DNA from: Acidimicrobiaceae bacterium
GTDB taxonomy: Bacteria; Actinomycetota; Acidimicrobiia; Acidimicrobiales; Aldehydirespiratoraceae
Assembly (NCBI GenBank): GCA_009837445.1
Contig: VXTM01000036.1
Location: 5,092 to 69,091 of the forward strand
Direction: 5' to 3'
DNA: 64,000 bases
In this document: positions 30,527-40,762 of the stretch, one piece after another
How the letters are laid out: every line of letters starts with the position of its first letter
Position numbering within the stretch: the first letter of the stretch is position 1
Notes under the pieces: generated by a model
The model's database searches: none
Told to the model about the DNA's origin: nothing
What the model saw: only the letters and a program-made list of their open reading frames with translations
Translations under genes and position numbers: made by a program

Positions 30527-31459
30527 TCAGTAGCCGAGGGCCACGTCGACCAGGCCGAGCAGGTCCTCGCCGGCCAGCCAGCGGCGCACGTTCTCACGCA
30601 CCCGGTTGGTGATCAGTGGCAGGCCCATCTCGCGGGTGTTGCCGATGTGGGGCGTGATCACGCAGTTGGGCAGGCCCCACAGCTCGGAGCTGTCGGGCAG
30701 CGGCTCCGGGTCGGTCACATCCAGCACCGCACCGGCGATCAATCCCGACCGCAGGGCCGCACCCAGCGCGCTGTGGTCAACATGGCCGCCCCGGGCCACG
30801 TTCACCAGCCAGCACTGCGGTCCCATGGCCTCCAGCAACCCGGCGTCCACCACATGGTGCGTCTCCTCGGTCAACGCCAGCGCCACCACTACCGCGTCCG
30901 CACCTGCCACGGCCTGATGAGCGTCGGCCAGCGTGAAGGTGCGGGCCGCGCCCTCCACCGACTCCGCAGAGCGCCGCACCACTGTCACGTCACAGCTCCA
31001 CGGCTCCAGCAGCCGCAGCAGCGAGCGAGTGATGCCGCCCCCGCCCAGCACGGTGATCCGGGCTCCCAGCAGGTTGCGCCCCGACTCTGCGCACCACGAG
31101 TCGGCCCCGGCGAACAGGTGGAAGTCCCGCAGGCCCATCAGCAGCGCGGCCATGACCCACTCGGCCACCGGGTCGGCGTACACGCCCTTGGCGCAGGTCC
31201 ACACCAGGCGGGGGTCCAGATAGTCGAGGAACGGCTCTATCCCGGCGTACGGGAGCTGCACCCACTCGACCGCCGGAACCGATGCGATCACCTCCGGGTA
31301 GCGATGGGGGACGTACGGGTCGGCCCAGATGAGGGCCGTGGCTTCGGCCAGATCAGCTGCCGATACCGCCACCTCGCCGCCGGCGTCTCGCACCGCGGTC
31401 GAGAAGGCCTCGTACATCACCGGCCGGGTGTCCGGCGTCACCGCGACAAGCCGGCTCAC
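30527..31459 (-). CDS. D-2-hydroxyacid dehydrogenase
   Basis: GGGGIT, VNVARG, LDVTDPEPLP, ITPHIG. Confidence 0.88.
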   Translation of the reverse strand: MSRLVAVTPDTRPVMYEAFSTAVRDAGGEVAVSAADLAEATALIWADPYVPHRYPEVIASVPAVEWVQLPYAGIEPFLDYLDPRLVWTCAKGVYADPVAEWVMAALLMGLRDFHLFAGADSWCAESGRNLLGARITVLGGGGITRSLLRLLEPWSCDVTVVRRSAESVEGAARTFTLADAHQAVAGADAVVVALALTEETHHVVDAGLLEAMGPQCWLVNVARGGHVDHSALGAALRSGLIAGAVLDVTDPEPLPDSSELWGLPNCVITPHIGNTREMGLPLITNRVRENVRRWLAGEDLLGLVDVALGY

Positions 31460-31525
31460 GGAGCGCTTCCCGGCATCAGTCCGTGGATCGAGCCGTGGAG
31501 ACGGCCGGCCAACTCCAGCGCCGGC

Positions 31526-32152
31526 TCATGGCGGGCCGAACTGGCGGTCTCCGGCGTCGCCGAGGCCCGGCAGGATGAACCCGTTGGAGTCGAGTGACTC
31601 GTCGACGGCGGCCACGCAGATTGCGTCGGCCACCCCGGCGTCGCGTACCCGCTCGATCCCCTCGGGCGCGGCGAGCACGCACACCGCAGTGACCCGGCCC
31701 GCCCCGGCGGCTCGCAGCAGCTCGCAGGCGTGAACGAACGACCCTCCGGTGGCCAGCATCGGATCCAGGATTAGGGCGTCGCGGCCGTCGAGGTCCTCGG
31801 GCAATGTGCTCGCATACTCGCGGGCCTCCAGCGTGCTCTCGTTGCGCCTGAGCCCCACGAACGCCACCTGAACGTCACCGAGCAGGTCCAGCGCGGCGTC
31901 GAGCATCCCGAGACCGGCCCGCAGCACGGGCACTACCACCGGGAGACGCTCGAAGCGCATCCCGGTGGCCGGTCCCATGGGCGTGGTGATGTCGACGGGC
32001 ACCAGCGGCGCCTGCCGCATCGCCTCGTACACGAGGACCGAGCTGAGGTCGCTCAGCAGCCTCCTGAACTCGTGGTTGGGGGTGGACGAGTCGCGCAGGC
32101 GCGTGACCCGCTCGGCCACTAGCGCGTTGTCGACGACATGGACTTCTGTCAC
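31526..32152 (-). CDS. upp: uracil phosphoribosyltransferase
   Basis: VLRAGLGM, LDPMLATGGS, ILPGLGDAGDR. Confidence 0.97.
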   Translation of the reverse strand: MTEVHVVDNALVAERVTRLRDSSTPNHEFRRLLSDLSSVLVYEAMRQAPLVPVDITTPMGPATGMRFERLPVVVPVLRAGLGMLDAALDLLGDVQVAFVGLRRNESTLEAREYASTLPEDLDGRDALILDPMLATGGSFVHACELLRAAGAGRVTAVCVLAAPEGIERVRDAGVADAICVAAVDESLDSNGFILPGLGDAGDRQFGPP

Positions 32153-35100
32153 GGCCTTCTGGCAATCTCGATGCGATCGTCCCCACCGTAGAGTGCGGCC
32201 GCCAAGGCCTGCACATCTTCGGGAGCCAGGTTGGCAAGTTCCAGCCTGCGGCGCGCCAGGGTGAGCACGTTCTCGTCACCGACATGGGGCCGGGACAGCA
32301 GCGCGCTGAGCAGGTGGGCGTTGTTTTCCCGGTTGTAGTCAGTCGTCAAGATGGCGATTGCCTGCTCGAACTCTGCAGCGGTCAAGCCGTTGGCGGCCAC
32401 ATCGGCGAGGATCTCCAGCATGGTGGCGTGAATCTCATCGAACCGGGTCGGATCCAGGGTGGCGTACACCCCCGAGTCGAAGTACTGGCGGGGAGCGAAG
32501 TTGCCGTCGACCGCGCCACCCGCGATATAGGAGGCCCCGAGCTCCTCGCGTATCACGAGGAACAGACGCTCGGCCAGCGCGGTCCCGAGCACGTCGGCGG
32601 CCACCGCCCTCAGCGGGGTCACCTCCAGGTCGGCCTCGTGATAGATCTCCAGCACCGCGCTCTCGCCCTCGCCGACCGTCACCAGCCTCTGCACCAGCCC
32701 GGTAGGCATGGGTCGCCGACGATCGATGTAGGTGTCGGCCTCGCCGGCTGGAAGCGTGCCGATGTAGTGCTGGGCCAGGCGCTCGATCACCGACGCCTCG
32801 ATGTCCCCGACGACGGCCACCACCAGGTCGTCGACCGAGCCGAGACGGCTCCTGTACATGTCCAGCAGCCGCTGCGGGGTGAGCGAGTCGATCTCGCCGC
32901 GGCTGGCGACGAAACGATGCCAGGTGTCGCCGTAGCGGGCCTTGAGATAGGCGACGGCCGCCTGCCAGCGGGGATCGCGATCCGCTAGCTCCAGCCTCGT
33001 CTCGGCTGTGTGGAGGGCGTCCGCGTAGGCCTGGTCGTCAATCCGGGGTTCGGTCACCAGCAGGTGGATGAGCTGGAACAGGGTCTCCACATCGTCGACG
33101 CCGGCGGCCCCGCTGAACCCCTCGACCGTCTCGCCGATGAAGGCATTGAGCGACACGTTGCGATCCTCGAGGAACCGGTTCAGCTCCAGTCTCGACACGT
33201 CGCCCAGGCCGCTGCCCTGCACCGCGTTGGTGGCGATGGCCGACAGGGCCCGGCCTCCTGGCTCTAGTACCGACCAGCCCCCGAAGGACTGGGCCTGCAG
33301 GTTTACGATGCCCTCGGCGATGTCGGAGGGCGTAAACGTGACCCGGGCCCCGTTGGCGAACTCCCACTCGTATCCGCCTTCGAACAGGTCGAAGGATCCC
33401 TCCGAGACCGGGTCCGCGGGCTCGGGCAGGTCCATCAGCTCGTTAATGGCGGCTACTTCCTCGGGCGGCGACCCGGGAGCTGCCGAGGCCCAGGCGGCGT
33501 CGAGCTCGGCAACCGTCGGCACGCTCGACGGGTCGGGACCGACCGCGATGGCCAGCAACCCGCCCTGACTCATCTGCCACCGGAAGTGCTCGGTCAGCTC
33601 CTCGGTCGTGATCTCCGTCAGCAGGTTGGCGGTCCGGATCACCGATCCTGCGACGGAGTCGATGTCGGCTCCGTAGAGGAAGTGGTCCTGGTAGCGGCCG
33701 ACCCACTGGCTGTCCTGGATAGTCGGTGCTCTGTCGAGGCGGAGCTGCAGCGAGGACACGATTTGCCTGATGGCCCGGCCCCGGTCGCCGTCGGTAAAGC
33801 CGTGCTCCTGAGCGGTCAGCAGCACCGAAAGGTAGTCGGTGGAGGCGGTGTCGAGGTTGTCGCCCTGCCAGTTCGTGCCGTAGTACCTGAGCCCCCGGTT
33901 GTAGGTGAAGCTGAAGAACTTCGGTGGGTCCACTTGGCTCAGCTCGCCCCGGTCGTAGGCGTCGTTGAGACGGTTCTCGATCATCAACTCGATCAGGCTC
34001 TCCATGGTTGTGAGCCGGTCCCCGCCGACCGTGCTGCGGTCGTGGGGGTCGATGGGAATGTCCAGCGAGATCAAGCTGACTCCGTACCTCGGGTCGGTCA
34101 CGACGTGGCTCGAGGACCCCGCGGGAGGTATGTACACGCTGGGCGGCTGGCGCGGTTCACCCGGCGCCAGCGGCCCGAAGTGCTCCTCCACCAGAGCCTT
34201 TAGGTCGTCGACGGCCATGTCGCCCACGGCTACCACCGCCATGTTGCCGGGCACGTACCACTTCTCGTAGAAGGCTCGCAGATCCTCGGCTGTCATCGCG
34301 TTCACGGTTTCGACGGTGCCGATCGGGTCGCGTCCCTCGTATGGGGTGCCCTGGGTGTAGATCCGGTCGAACTCTCTGGTGATGAAGCCGTTGACACTCT
34401 CGACGCTCAACCGGTACTCGTCGAGGACGACGCCCCGCTCCGATTCGACCGCTTCGTCGGTGAAAGTGGCCGCGCTGGCCATCTGCGACAGGGCGTGGAA
34501 CACCAGCGGCGCCTTGTGGGGCTCGTCGAGGCGCACCTCCACCTGGTAGACGGTCCGGTCGTGGCCCACCGAGGCGTTGACGTCGGGTCCGAGCTCCACA
34601 CCGATCTCCCGCAGCGCCACTCCGAGGGACAGACCAGGGAAGTCGGTGGTGCCGTTGAAGAGCATGTGCTCGACGAAGTGCCCGATACCGGCTTCCTCGT
34701 CGGTCTCGTCGACCGATCCGACGTTGACGAGCAGGCGGACGGCAAGGTTCTTGCCCGGGTCGTCGTTGTGGCGCAGGTAGTAGGTGAGGCCGTTGTCGAG
34801 GGTGCCGGTCGTGACTGCCGGGTCGACCGGCAGCGGCGTCGGATCCTGCGCCGCGACGGGTGGAGCCTCCTCGACGATGCCCAGCTCCCGGGCAAGGAAA
34901 GTGGCCATCTGGCCCCGGGTGACATGCTGGTCGGGGCAGTAGCGGGCCGGGTTCGTCCCGCATCCCGCGGTGATCCTCGCCCCGGCGAGCCGGTCGATGT
35001 CGTCGACGTACGGGTGGTCGGCGCTCACATCGACGAACGCAGCCGTGCCGGCCCGCGGCAAGTTGAGGATGCGGGCCAGGAATTCGGCCATCTGGCCCCG

Positions 35101-35514
35101 GTCCATGGGTTCGTCGGGACACAGCTGGTCAGGCCCGCATGACAGGTCGAACCCGCGGTCAGCCAGCCGCTCCGCGTGCGGGGCCCACCAGGCGCTGGCA
35201 TCGACGTCGTCGTAGCGCGACGACGCGACTGCGGGTGGGTTGGCTCCGTCGACGGTCCTCACCAGCCAGACCGCTATCTCCCAGCGCAGTATCGGCTCTT
35301 CCGGGCAGAGTTCGTCGCTGTCGGCACAGCCGGTGCCCGCGAACAGGTCCACCCCCGCTCGGTACCCGTACTTGTCCAGCGCGTCGATAGAGGCCTGATG
35401 CCCGCTGGCGTCCTGTGCTGCCGTCTGGGCGGCCGCGCTGGGCGCATAGGCGAAGATCGAGGCCGCCACCGCTATGGCGGCTAGCACGGCGACGCGACAA
35501 CGAGGTCTGGTCAT
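32149..35514 (-). CDS. secreted M16 (insulinase/PqqL-like) zinc peptidase with N-terminal S-layer homology domains
   Basis: Signal peptide; SLH-like repeats (TRGQMATFLAR, DRGQMAEFLAR); LDNGLTYY; HFVEH zinc motif. Confidence 0.88.
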   Translation of the reverse strand: MTRPRCRVAVLAAIAVAASIFAYAPSAAAQTAAQDASGHQASIDALDKYGYRAGVDLFAGTGCADSDELCPEEPILRWEIAVWLVRTVDGANPPAVASSRYDDVDASAWWAPHAERLADRGFDLSCGPDQLCPDEPMDRGQMAEFLARILNLPRAGTAAFVDVSADHPYVDDIDRLAGARITAGCGTNPARYCPDQHVTRGQMATFLARELGIVEEAPPVAAQDPTPLPVDPAVTTGTLDNGLTYYLRHNDDPGKNLAVRLLVNVGSVDETDEEAGIGHFVEHMLFNGTTDFPGLSLGVALREIGVELGPDVNASVGHDRTVYQVEVRLDEPHKAPLVFHALSQMASAATFTDEAVESERGVVLDEYRLSVESVNGFITREFDRIYTQGTPYEGRDPIGTVETVNAMTAEDLRAFYEKWYVPGNMAVVAVGDMAVDDLKALVEEHFGPLAPGEPRQPPSVYIPPAGSSSHVVTDPRYGVSLISLDIPIDPHDRSTVGGDRLTTMESLIELMIENRLNDAYDRGELSQVDPPKFFSFTYNRGLRYYGTNWQGDNLDTASTDYLSVLLTAQEHGFTDGDRGRAIRQIVSSLQLRLDRAPTIQDSQWVGRYQDHFLYGADIDSVAGSVIRTANLLTEITTEELTEHFRWQMSQGGLLAIAVGPDPSSVPTVAELDAAWASAAPGSPPEEVAAINELMDLPEPADPVSEGSFDLFEGGYEWEFANGARVTFTPSDIAEGIVNLQAQSFGGWSVLEPGGRALSAIATNAVQGSGLGDVSRLELNRFLEDRNVSLNAFIGETVEGFSGAAGVDDVETLFQLIHLLVTEPRIDDQAYADALHTAETRLELADRDPRWQAAVAYLKARYGDTWHRFVASRGEIDSLTPQRLLDMYRSRLGSVDDLVVAVVGDIEASVIERLAQHYIGTLPAGEADTYIDRRRPMPTGLVQRLVTVGEGESAVLEIYHEADLEVTPLRAVAADVLGTALAERLFLVIREELGASYIAGGAVDGNFAPRQYFDSGVYATLDPTRFDEIHATMLEILADVAANGLTAAEFEQAIAILTTDYNRENNAHLLSALLSRPHVGDENVLTLARRRLELANLAPEDVQALAAALYGGDDRIEIARRP

Positions 35515-35659
35515 CGTTCAGTCTCCTGGATCGGTAGTGGGGAGGTGCGCGGTCCGGCTCGTACTCCGGATAATCGAGTGGGCAGCGTAACAATGCCACG
35601 ACCCAACAATCGCCGGTTGCCGAGCCGTTCTTTCCATTGCCGTGAGCGCCCCGGAGACT

Positions 35660-36766
35660 TCAGACCGGTGGCTCGCTCTGAGCCGCCTCGAGCGGCGCGT
35701 ACTGGGGCTTGATCACGCCCTCGATGATCTGGAGCCGCTCCCTGAACGGCAGGAAGCTGGACTTCATGGCGTTGACCGTCAGCCACCGCAGCCGGGCCCA
35801 GTCGTAGCCGAAGGTGTCGGCCAGGGCGGCCATCTCCGAGGTCATCGACACGTTCGACATCAACCGGTTGTCGGTGTTGACAGTCACCCGGAACCGCAGC
35901 TGGACCAGCATGTCGATCGGGTGGTCGGCCACCGAGGCGAACACGCCGGTGTTGACGTTGGAAGTGGGGCAGATCTCCAGCGGGATGCGGCGGTCCCGGA
36001 TGTAGTGGGCCAGCCGGCCCAGGGTCCGGTCCCCGTCGTCGCCGGTGACGATGTCCTCAACGATGCGTATGCCGTGCCCGAGACGCTCAGCGCCGCAGAA
36101 CTGCAGGGCCTTCCAGATCGACCGGGGACCGTACGCCTCGCCCGCGTGGATGGTGATGTGGAAGTTCTCCCGCTGGCAGTACTGGAACGCCTCCAGGTGG
36201 TCGTCGGGGGGGAAGCCGTCCTCGGGTCCGGCTATGTCGAATGCCACCACGCCCCGGTCCCTCCAGCGGACCGCGGCCTCGGCCACCTCGGCTGATCGGT
36301 GAAGGTGGCGCAGGGCGGTGCAGATGGCCCGGATGGTGAGCGGGGTGCCGTCGCTGCCCTGCGTGAAGCCTTCGAGGACTGCTTCGATGGCGTCGTCGAG
36401 GGTGAGCCCTCGTTCGGTGTGAAGTTCGGGGGCGAAGCGGACCTCGGCGTAGACCACCCCGTCGGCGGCAAGGTCCTCAGCGCATTCCCGAGCCACCCGA
36501 GCGATCGAGTCGGCGGTCTGCATCACGCCGACGGTGTGGGCGAACGTCTCCAGGTACAGCGTCAGGTCCTTGCGGTTGGCGCCGCGGCGCATCCAAGCGG
36601 CCAGTTGCTCCGGGTCGGTGGACGGCAGGCTGCGGTACCCGGTCTCGGAGGCCAGCTCGACGATCGTCGAGGCCCGCAGGCCTCCGTCGAGATGGTCGTG
36701 GAGCACGACCTTGGGGGCGCGCCGGACGCGCTCCAGGGTGGGTGGCCCGAGGTCGGCGGCATTCAA
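35660..36766 (-). CDS. add: adenosine deaminase
   Basis: LHDHLDGG, YAEVRFAP, HAGE, RLGHG, CPTSN, NTDNRLMS. Confidence 0.95.
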   Translation of the reverse strand: MNAADLGPPTLERVRRAPKVVLHDHLDGGLRASTIVELASETGYRSLPSTDPEQLAAWMRRGANRKDLTLYLETFAHTVGVMQTADSIARVARECAEDLAADGVVYAEVRFAPELHTERGLTLDDAIEAVLEGFTQGSDGTPLTIRAICTALRHLHRSAEVAEAAVRWRDRGVVAFDIAGPEDGFPPDDHLEAFQYCQRENFHITIHAGEAYGPRSIWKALQFCGAERLGHGIRIVEDIVTGDDGDRTLGRLAHYIRDRRIPLEICPTSNVNTGVFASVADHPIDMLVQLRFRVTVNTDNRLMSNVSMTSEMAALADTFGYDWARLRWLTVNAMKSSFLPFRERLQIIEGVIKPQYAPLEAAQSEPPV

Positions 36767-36803
36767 GGGATTCGGGATACCGCAGGGTAGCCTTGTGGTC
36801 CGG

Positions 36804-38030
36804 ATGACCCTTTCTGATCAGCTTGTCGACGTGGACACCCTTCGACAGGACGGCTTCGACCCCTCGGATGTCGGCGGGGTGACCTTCGCCAGCCTCGGTC
36901 TCTGCGACGAGTTCGTGGTGGCCCTGGCGGCGCGGGGGATAACCGTGCCGTTCCCCATCCAAGAGCTCACCATCCCCGACGCGCTGGCGGGCCGCGACGT
37001 GTGCGGCAAGGCCAAGACCGGTTCGGGCAAGACGCTCGCCTTCGGCCTGCCCGTCCTGCAGCGGCTGCCCCGGGCCAAGCCCGGCGCGCCCGCCGGCCTG
37101 GTGCTGGCGCCCACACGCGAGCTGGCCAACCAGATCTGCGACGAGTTGGCTGCGCCCGCGGCCGCGGTGAAGCGCCGCGTGCTGGCCGCCTACGGCGGAG
37201 CCCCGATCGACAAGCAGATCAAGGCGCTGCGTGCGGGCGTGGACCTGGTGGTGGCCACGCCGGGGCGGATGATCGACCTGATCGACCGGAAGACGGTCAG
37301 CGTCGGCTCGGTCCGCCAGGTGGTGGTGGACGAGGCCGACCGGATGGCCGATATGGGCTTCCTGCCGCAGGTCGAGTGGATCCTGCGCAACGTCGAGAGC
37401 GGTCACCAGACGCTGCTGTTCTCGGCCACGCTCGACGGAGCGGTCGACTCCCTGATCAGGCGCTACCAGAGCGATCCGGCCATGCACGCGGTGGCGCCCC
37501 GCGAGATCACGGTGGCCGAGATGGTGCACCGCTTCGTGGGCGTCCACAAGCTCGACAAGGTGAAGGTGGCCGCGGCCATCGCCGGCTCGGCGAGCCGCAC
37601 GCTGATGTTCACCCGCACCAAGGTGGCCGCCGACCGCCTGGCCCGCGACCTGCGGCGCGAGAACGTGAAGGCGGCACCCATTCACGGTGATCTCCGCCAG
37701 ACGGCCCGTGAGAAGTCCCTGCGCGAGTTCATCGCCGGTGACCTTCCGGTGCTGGTGGCCACCGACGTCGCCGCCCGGGGGATCCACGTCGACGACGTGG
37801 ACGTAGTGGTGCAGTTCGACCCGCCCGCCGACCACAAGACCTACGTGCACCGTGCGGGCCGCACCGCCCGGGCGGGCGAGTCCGGCGTGGTGGTGACCCT
37901 GTCGCTTTGGGACGAGGAGCTGGACGTGAAGCGGCTCCAGCGGCGCCTCGAACTCGACGAGCCCATCGTCGAGATGTTCTCCAACGACGCCCGCCTGGGT
38001 GACCTTCTCGGCTGGGAGCAGGCCGGCTGA
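36804..38030 (+). CDS. DEAD-box RNA helicase
   Basis: Q motif PFPIQ, AKTGSGKT, PTRELA, TPGR, DEAD, SAT, HRAGRTAR. Confidence 0.95.
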   Translation: MTLSDQLVDVDTLRQDGFDPSDVGGVTFASLGLCDEFVVALAARGITVPFPIQELTIPDALAGRDVCGKAKTGSGKTLAFGLPVLQRLPRAKPGAPAGLVLAPTRELANQICDELAAPAAAVKRRVLAAYGGAPIDKQIKALRAGVDLVVATPGRMIDLIDRKTVSVGSVRQVVVDEADRMADMGFLPQVEWILRNVESGHQTLLFSATLDGAVDSLIRRYQSDPAMHAVAPREITVAEMVHRFVGVHKLDKVKVAAAIAGSASRTLMFTRTKVAADRLARDLRRENVKAAPIHGDLRQTAREKSLREFIAGDLPVLVATDVAARGIHVDDVDVVVQFDPPADHKTYVHRAGRTARAGESGVVVTLSLWDEELDVKRLQRRLELDEPIVEMFSNDARLGDLLGWEQAG

Positions 38031-38103
38031 GCCTTGCCGGACCGGCGTGTCGCGCCGCGTGACTGCGATCTGCTTCTAGACTGGCCGCTGACCTTACGGT
38101 CAA

Positions 38104-38223
38104 GACATCACGAGCGGTTCGGCCCTCGGGCCGGGCCCGGCAACCTGGGAACGGACACCCAAGGTGCCAGCCCGCCTCCGGGCGGGGATGTGGCGCCGGC
38201 CTGGCCGGCGCAACCAAGTGTCC
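38104..38223 (+). ncRNA. SAM riboswitch (SAM-I/IV variant)
   Basis: P1 ACATC/GATGT, core ATCACGAG..CCGGCAACC..AAGGTGCC, 3' hairpin GCGCCGGC/GCCGGCGC, pseudoknot GGACAC(38153)/GTGTCC(38218); upstream of metX. Confidence 0.85.
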
Positions 38224-38320
38224 TTCGGGCACCCCGACATCACGGCCTCCGAAGTGTCCGGTCCCACAAAGGGCCACCCTCCGTGCGAGGGCGGCACCAG
38301 CGGATCACAAGGAGCGACGG

Positions 38321-39544
38321 TTGAGCGCAGGTTCCGGCATCGAGCCTCCGACTCCCGCGGCCGGGCGAGCCGGCCCTGGGGGGCGCTTCCCGGCCGGGCT
38401 GCCCGTCACCGGCGCCTGGCAGGTCGGCGACCCCGCCGGCGACCGCCGGTTCGTGACCGTTACCGACACCGGTCCTTTCGCGCTGGAGTGGGGAGGGCGC
38501 CTCGGCGAGGTGCGGGTCGCCTACGAGACCTGGGGCGAGCTCGACCCGCAGGCATCCAACGCCGTGCTCGTGTGCCACGCCCTCACCGGCGACTCGCACG
38601 CGGCCGGCGAGAGCGGCCCGTCGCATCCCACGACCGGCTGGTGGCACGAGCTGATCGGGCCGGGCAGGGCGATCGACACCGACCGCTACTTCGTGGTGTG
38701 CAGCAACGTGCTGGGCGGCTGCCAGGGGACCACCGGCCCGGCCGACCTGGATCCGCTCGACGGGCGGCGCTACGGCCCCCGCTTCCCGGTGGTGACCATC
38801 CGCGACATGGTGCGCATCCAGGCCCGGCTGGCCGACCGTCTCGGAATCCGCCGCTGGCTGGCCGTGATCGGCGGCTCGATGGGGGGCATGCAGGTCCTGG
38901 AGTGGGCCGTCATGTACCCGCGGCGGGTGAGGTCGATCCTGCCGCTGGCCACCTGCGCGTCGGCCAGCGCGCTGCAGATCGCCTGGAGCGCGGTGGAGCG
39001 CCTGGCCATCGCCACCGATCCCGGCTGGCACGACGGCGACTACTACGACAAGCCGGAGGGTCCCTGGATGGGCCTGGCCACCGCCCGCCAGATCGCGCAG
39101 GTGACCTACCGGTCCGGCGAATCTTTCGAGCGCCGTTTCGGGCGCCGGATGTTCGACCCGGCCGGGGCCTTCGACCTGTGGGGCCGCTTCCAGATGGAGT
39201 CGTACCTCGACCACCACGGCCAGAAGCTGGTTCGCCGCTTCGACGCCAACACCTATGTGGTGCTCAACCGGTCGATGGACCTGCACGACATCGGGCGGGG
39301 CCGGGGATCCACGGCGGCGGCTCTGGGCCGCATCCGGGTGCCGGTGCTGACCGCGTCGATCACCAGCGACCGTCTCTACCCGCCCCATGAGCAGCAGGAG
39401 CTGCAGGACGGGATCGTCGCGGGCGGCGGCGACTGCCGGCGGGTGATGCTGGAGAGCGACGAGGGCCACGACGGGTTCCTGCTGGAGCACGAGCTGCTGC
39501 ATGACCCCGTCGTCAGCTTCCTCGAGGAGGTGTCCGGTGACTGA
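38321..39544 (+). CDS. metX: homoserine O-acetyltransferase
   Basis: CHALTGDSH, NVLGGCQG, GGSMGGMQ, FDANTY, GHDGFLLE. Confidence 0.93.
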   Translation: MSAGSGIEPPTPAAGRAGPGGRFPAGLPVTGAWQVGDPAGDRRFVTVTDTGPFALEWGGRLGEVRVAYETWGELDPQASNAVLVCHALTGDSHAAGESGPSHPTTGWWHELIGPGRAIDTDRYFVVCSNVLGGCQGTTGPADLDPLDGRRYGPRFPVVTIRDMVRIQARLADRLGIRRWLAVIGGSMGGMQVLEWAVMYPRRVRSILPLATCASASALQIAWSAVERLAIATDPGWHDGDYYDKPEGPWMGLATARQIAQVTYRSGESFERRFGRRMFDPAGAFDLWGRFQMESYLDHHGQKLVRRFDANTYVVLNRSMDLHDIGRGRGSTAAALGRIRVPVLTASITSDRLYPPHEQQELQDGIVAGGGDCRRVMLESDEGHDGFLLEHELLHDPVVSFLEEVSGD

Positions 39545-40751
39545 GAACGCCGCCGGTGGCTCTGGCGGGCTGCATGTGCAGACCCGGGCGATCCGCGCCG
39601 GCCGGGACGACAACCAGAACGCGCTGGCCCCGATCCTGTGGGCCACCTCGACGTTCACCGCCGACACCGTGTCCGAGGCCTACGACATGGCGGTCAACAC
39701 CCACTCGAGCCGGTTCTACACCCGCTACGGCAATCCCACGGTCAAGGCCTTCGAGGACGCCGTGGCCGACCTGGAGGGCACCGAGTCGGCACGGGCGTTC
39801 GCCTCGGGCATGGGAGCGCTGAGCGCCATCGTGCTCGGCCTGTGCTCGAGCGGCGACCACATAGTCGCCCAGCGTCAGCTCTATGCGGGCACGCAACTGC
39901 TGCTGCAGACGGCGTGTCCCCGCTTCGGTATCGGGGTGACCTTCGTGGACGGCACCGAGCCCGGCGCCTTCGCCGACGCCGTGCTGCCCGGTCGCACGGT
40001 GCTGGTGATCGCCGAGACGCCCGCCAACCCGAAGCTGGCGGTGGCCGACCTGGCCGAGGTGGGCGCCATCGCCGGTCCGATGACGGTGGTCGACTCGACG
40101 TTCGCCACGCCGCTGGGTCAGCGACCCGCCGAATATGGCGTGGACCTGGTGGTCCACTCGGCCACGAAGACGATCGCGGGCCACAACGACGCCACCATCG
40201 GGGTGGTGGCCGGCAGCGAGGAGCTGCTGGCGTGGCTGTGGAACTACGCGGTGCTCCACGGGGCGGTGGCGTCGCCGTTCGACGCGCTCAACGCTCTGCG
40301 GGGCATCCGGACCCTGGCCGTGCGCCTCCGCCAGCAGACCGAGACCGCCACCGCGCTGGCCGAGGCGCTGCAGGGCCATCCGATGGTCGAGGCCGTGCAC
40401 TACCCGGGTCTGGCGTCGCATCCCCAGCACAAGCTGGCGGCCCGGCAGATGGACCTGGCCGGCGGTCTGGTCACCTTCGACCTGGCCGACGGCTACGACG
40501 CCGGTCGAGCGTTCGTGGAGGAGGTCCGGGTGGTGCGGTTGGCAACGTCGCTGGGCGGGCCCGAGAGCATCGTCACCCATCCGGCTTCGACCACCCATGT
40601 GAGCCTGCTGCCCGAGGAGCTGGAGGCGGCGTGCATCGGCCAGGGCACGGTGCGGTTCTCGGCCGGGCTGGAGCACACCGACGACGTGGTGGCCGACGTG
40701 ATCGGGGCGCTCGACCGCGTCACCGCAATCGTCGGCGACGCCTCCCGGTAG
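39537..40751 (+). CDS. Cys/Met metabolism PLP-dependent enzyme (cystathionine gamma-synthase / O-acylhomoserine sulfhydrylase family)
   Basis: YTRYGNPT, FASGM, ETPANP, HSATK (PLP Lys), SLGG, HPASTTH. Confidence 0.9.
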   Translation: MTENAAGGSGGLHVQTRAIRAGRDDNQNALAPILWATSTFTADTVSEAYDMAVNTHSSRFYTRYGNPTVKAFEDAVADLEGTESARAFASGMGALSAIVLGLCSSGDHIVAQRQLYAGTQLLLQTACPRFGIGVTFVDGTEPGAFADAVLPGRTVLVIAETPANPKLAVADLAEVGAIAGPMTVVDSTFATPLGQRPAEYGVDLVVHSATKTIAGHNDATIGVVAGSEELLAWLWNYAVLHGAVASPFDALNALRGIRTLAVRLRQQTETATALAEALQGHPMVEAVHYPGLASHPQHKLAARQMDLAGGLVTFDLADGYDAGRAFVEEVRVVRLATSLGGPESIVTHPASTTHVSLLPEELEAACIGQGTVRFSAGLEHTDDVVADVIGALDRVTAIVGDASR

Positions 40752-40762
40752 CGTCGGGATTC

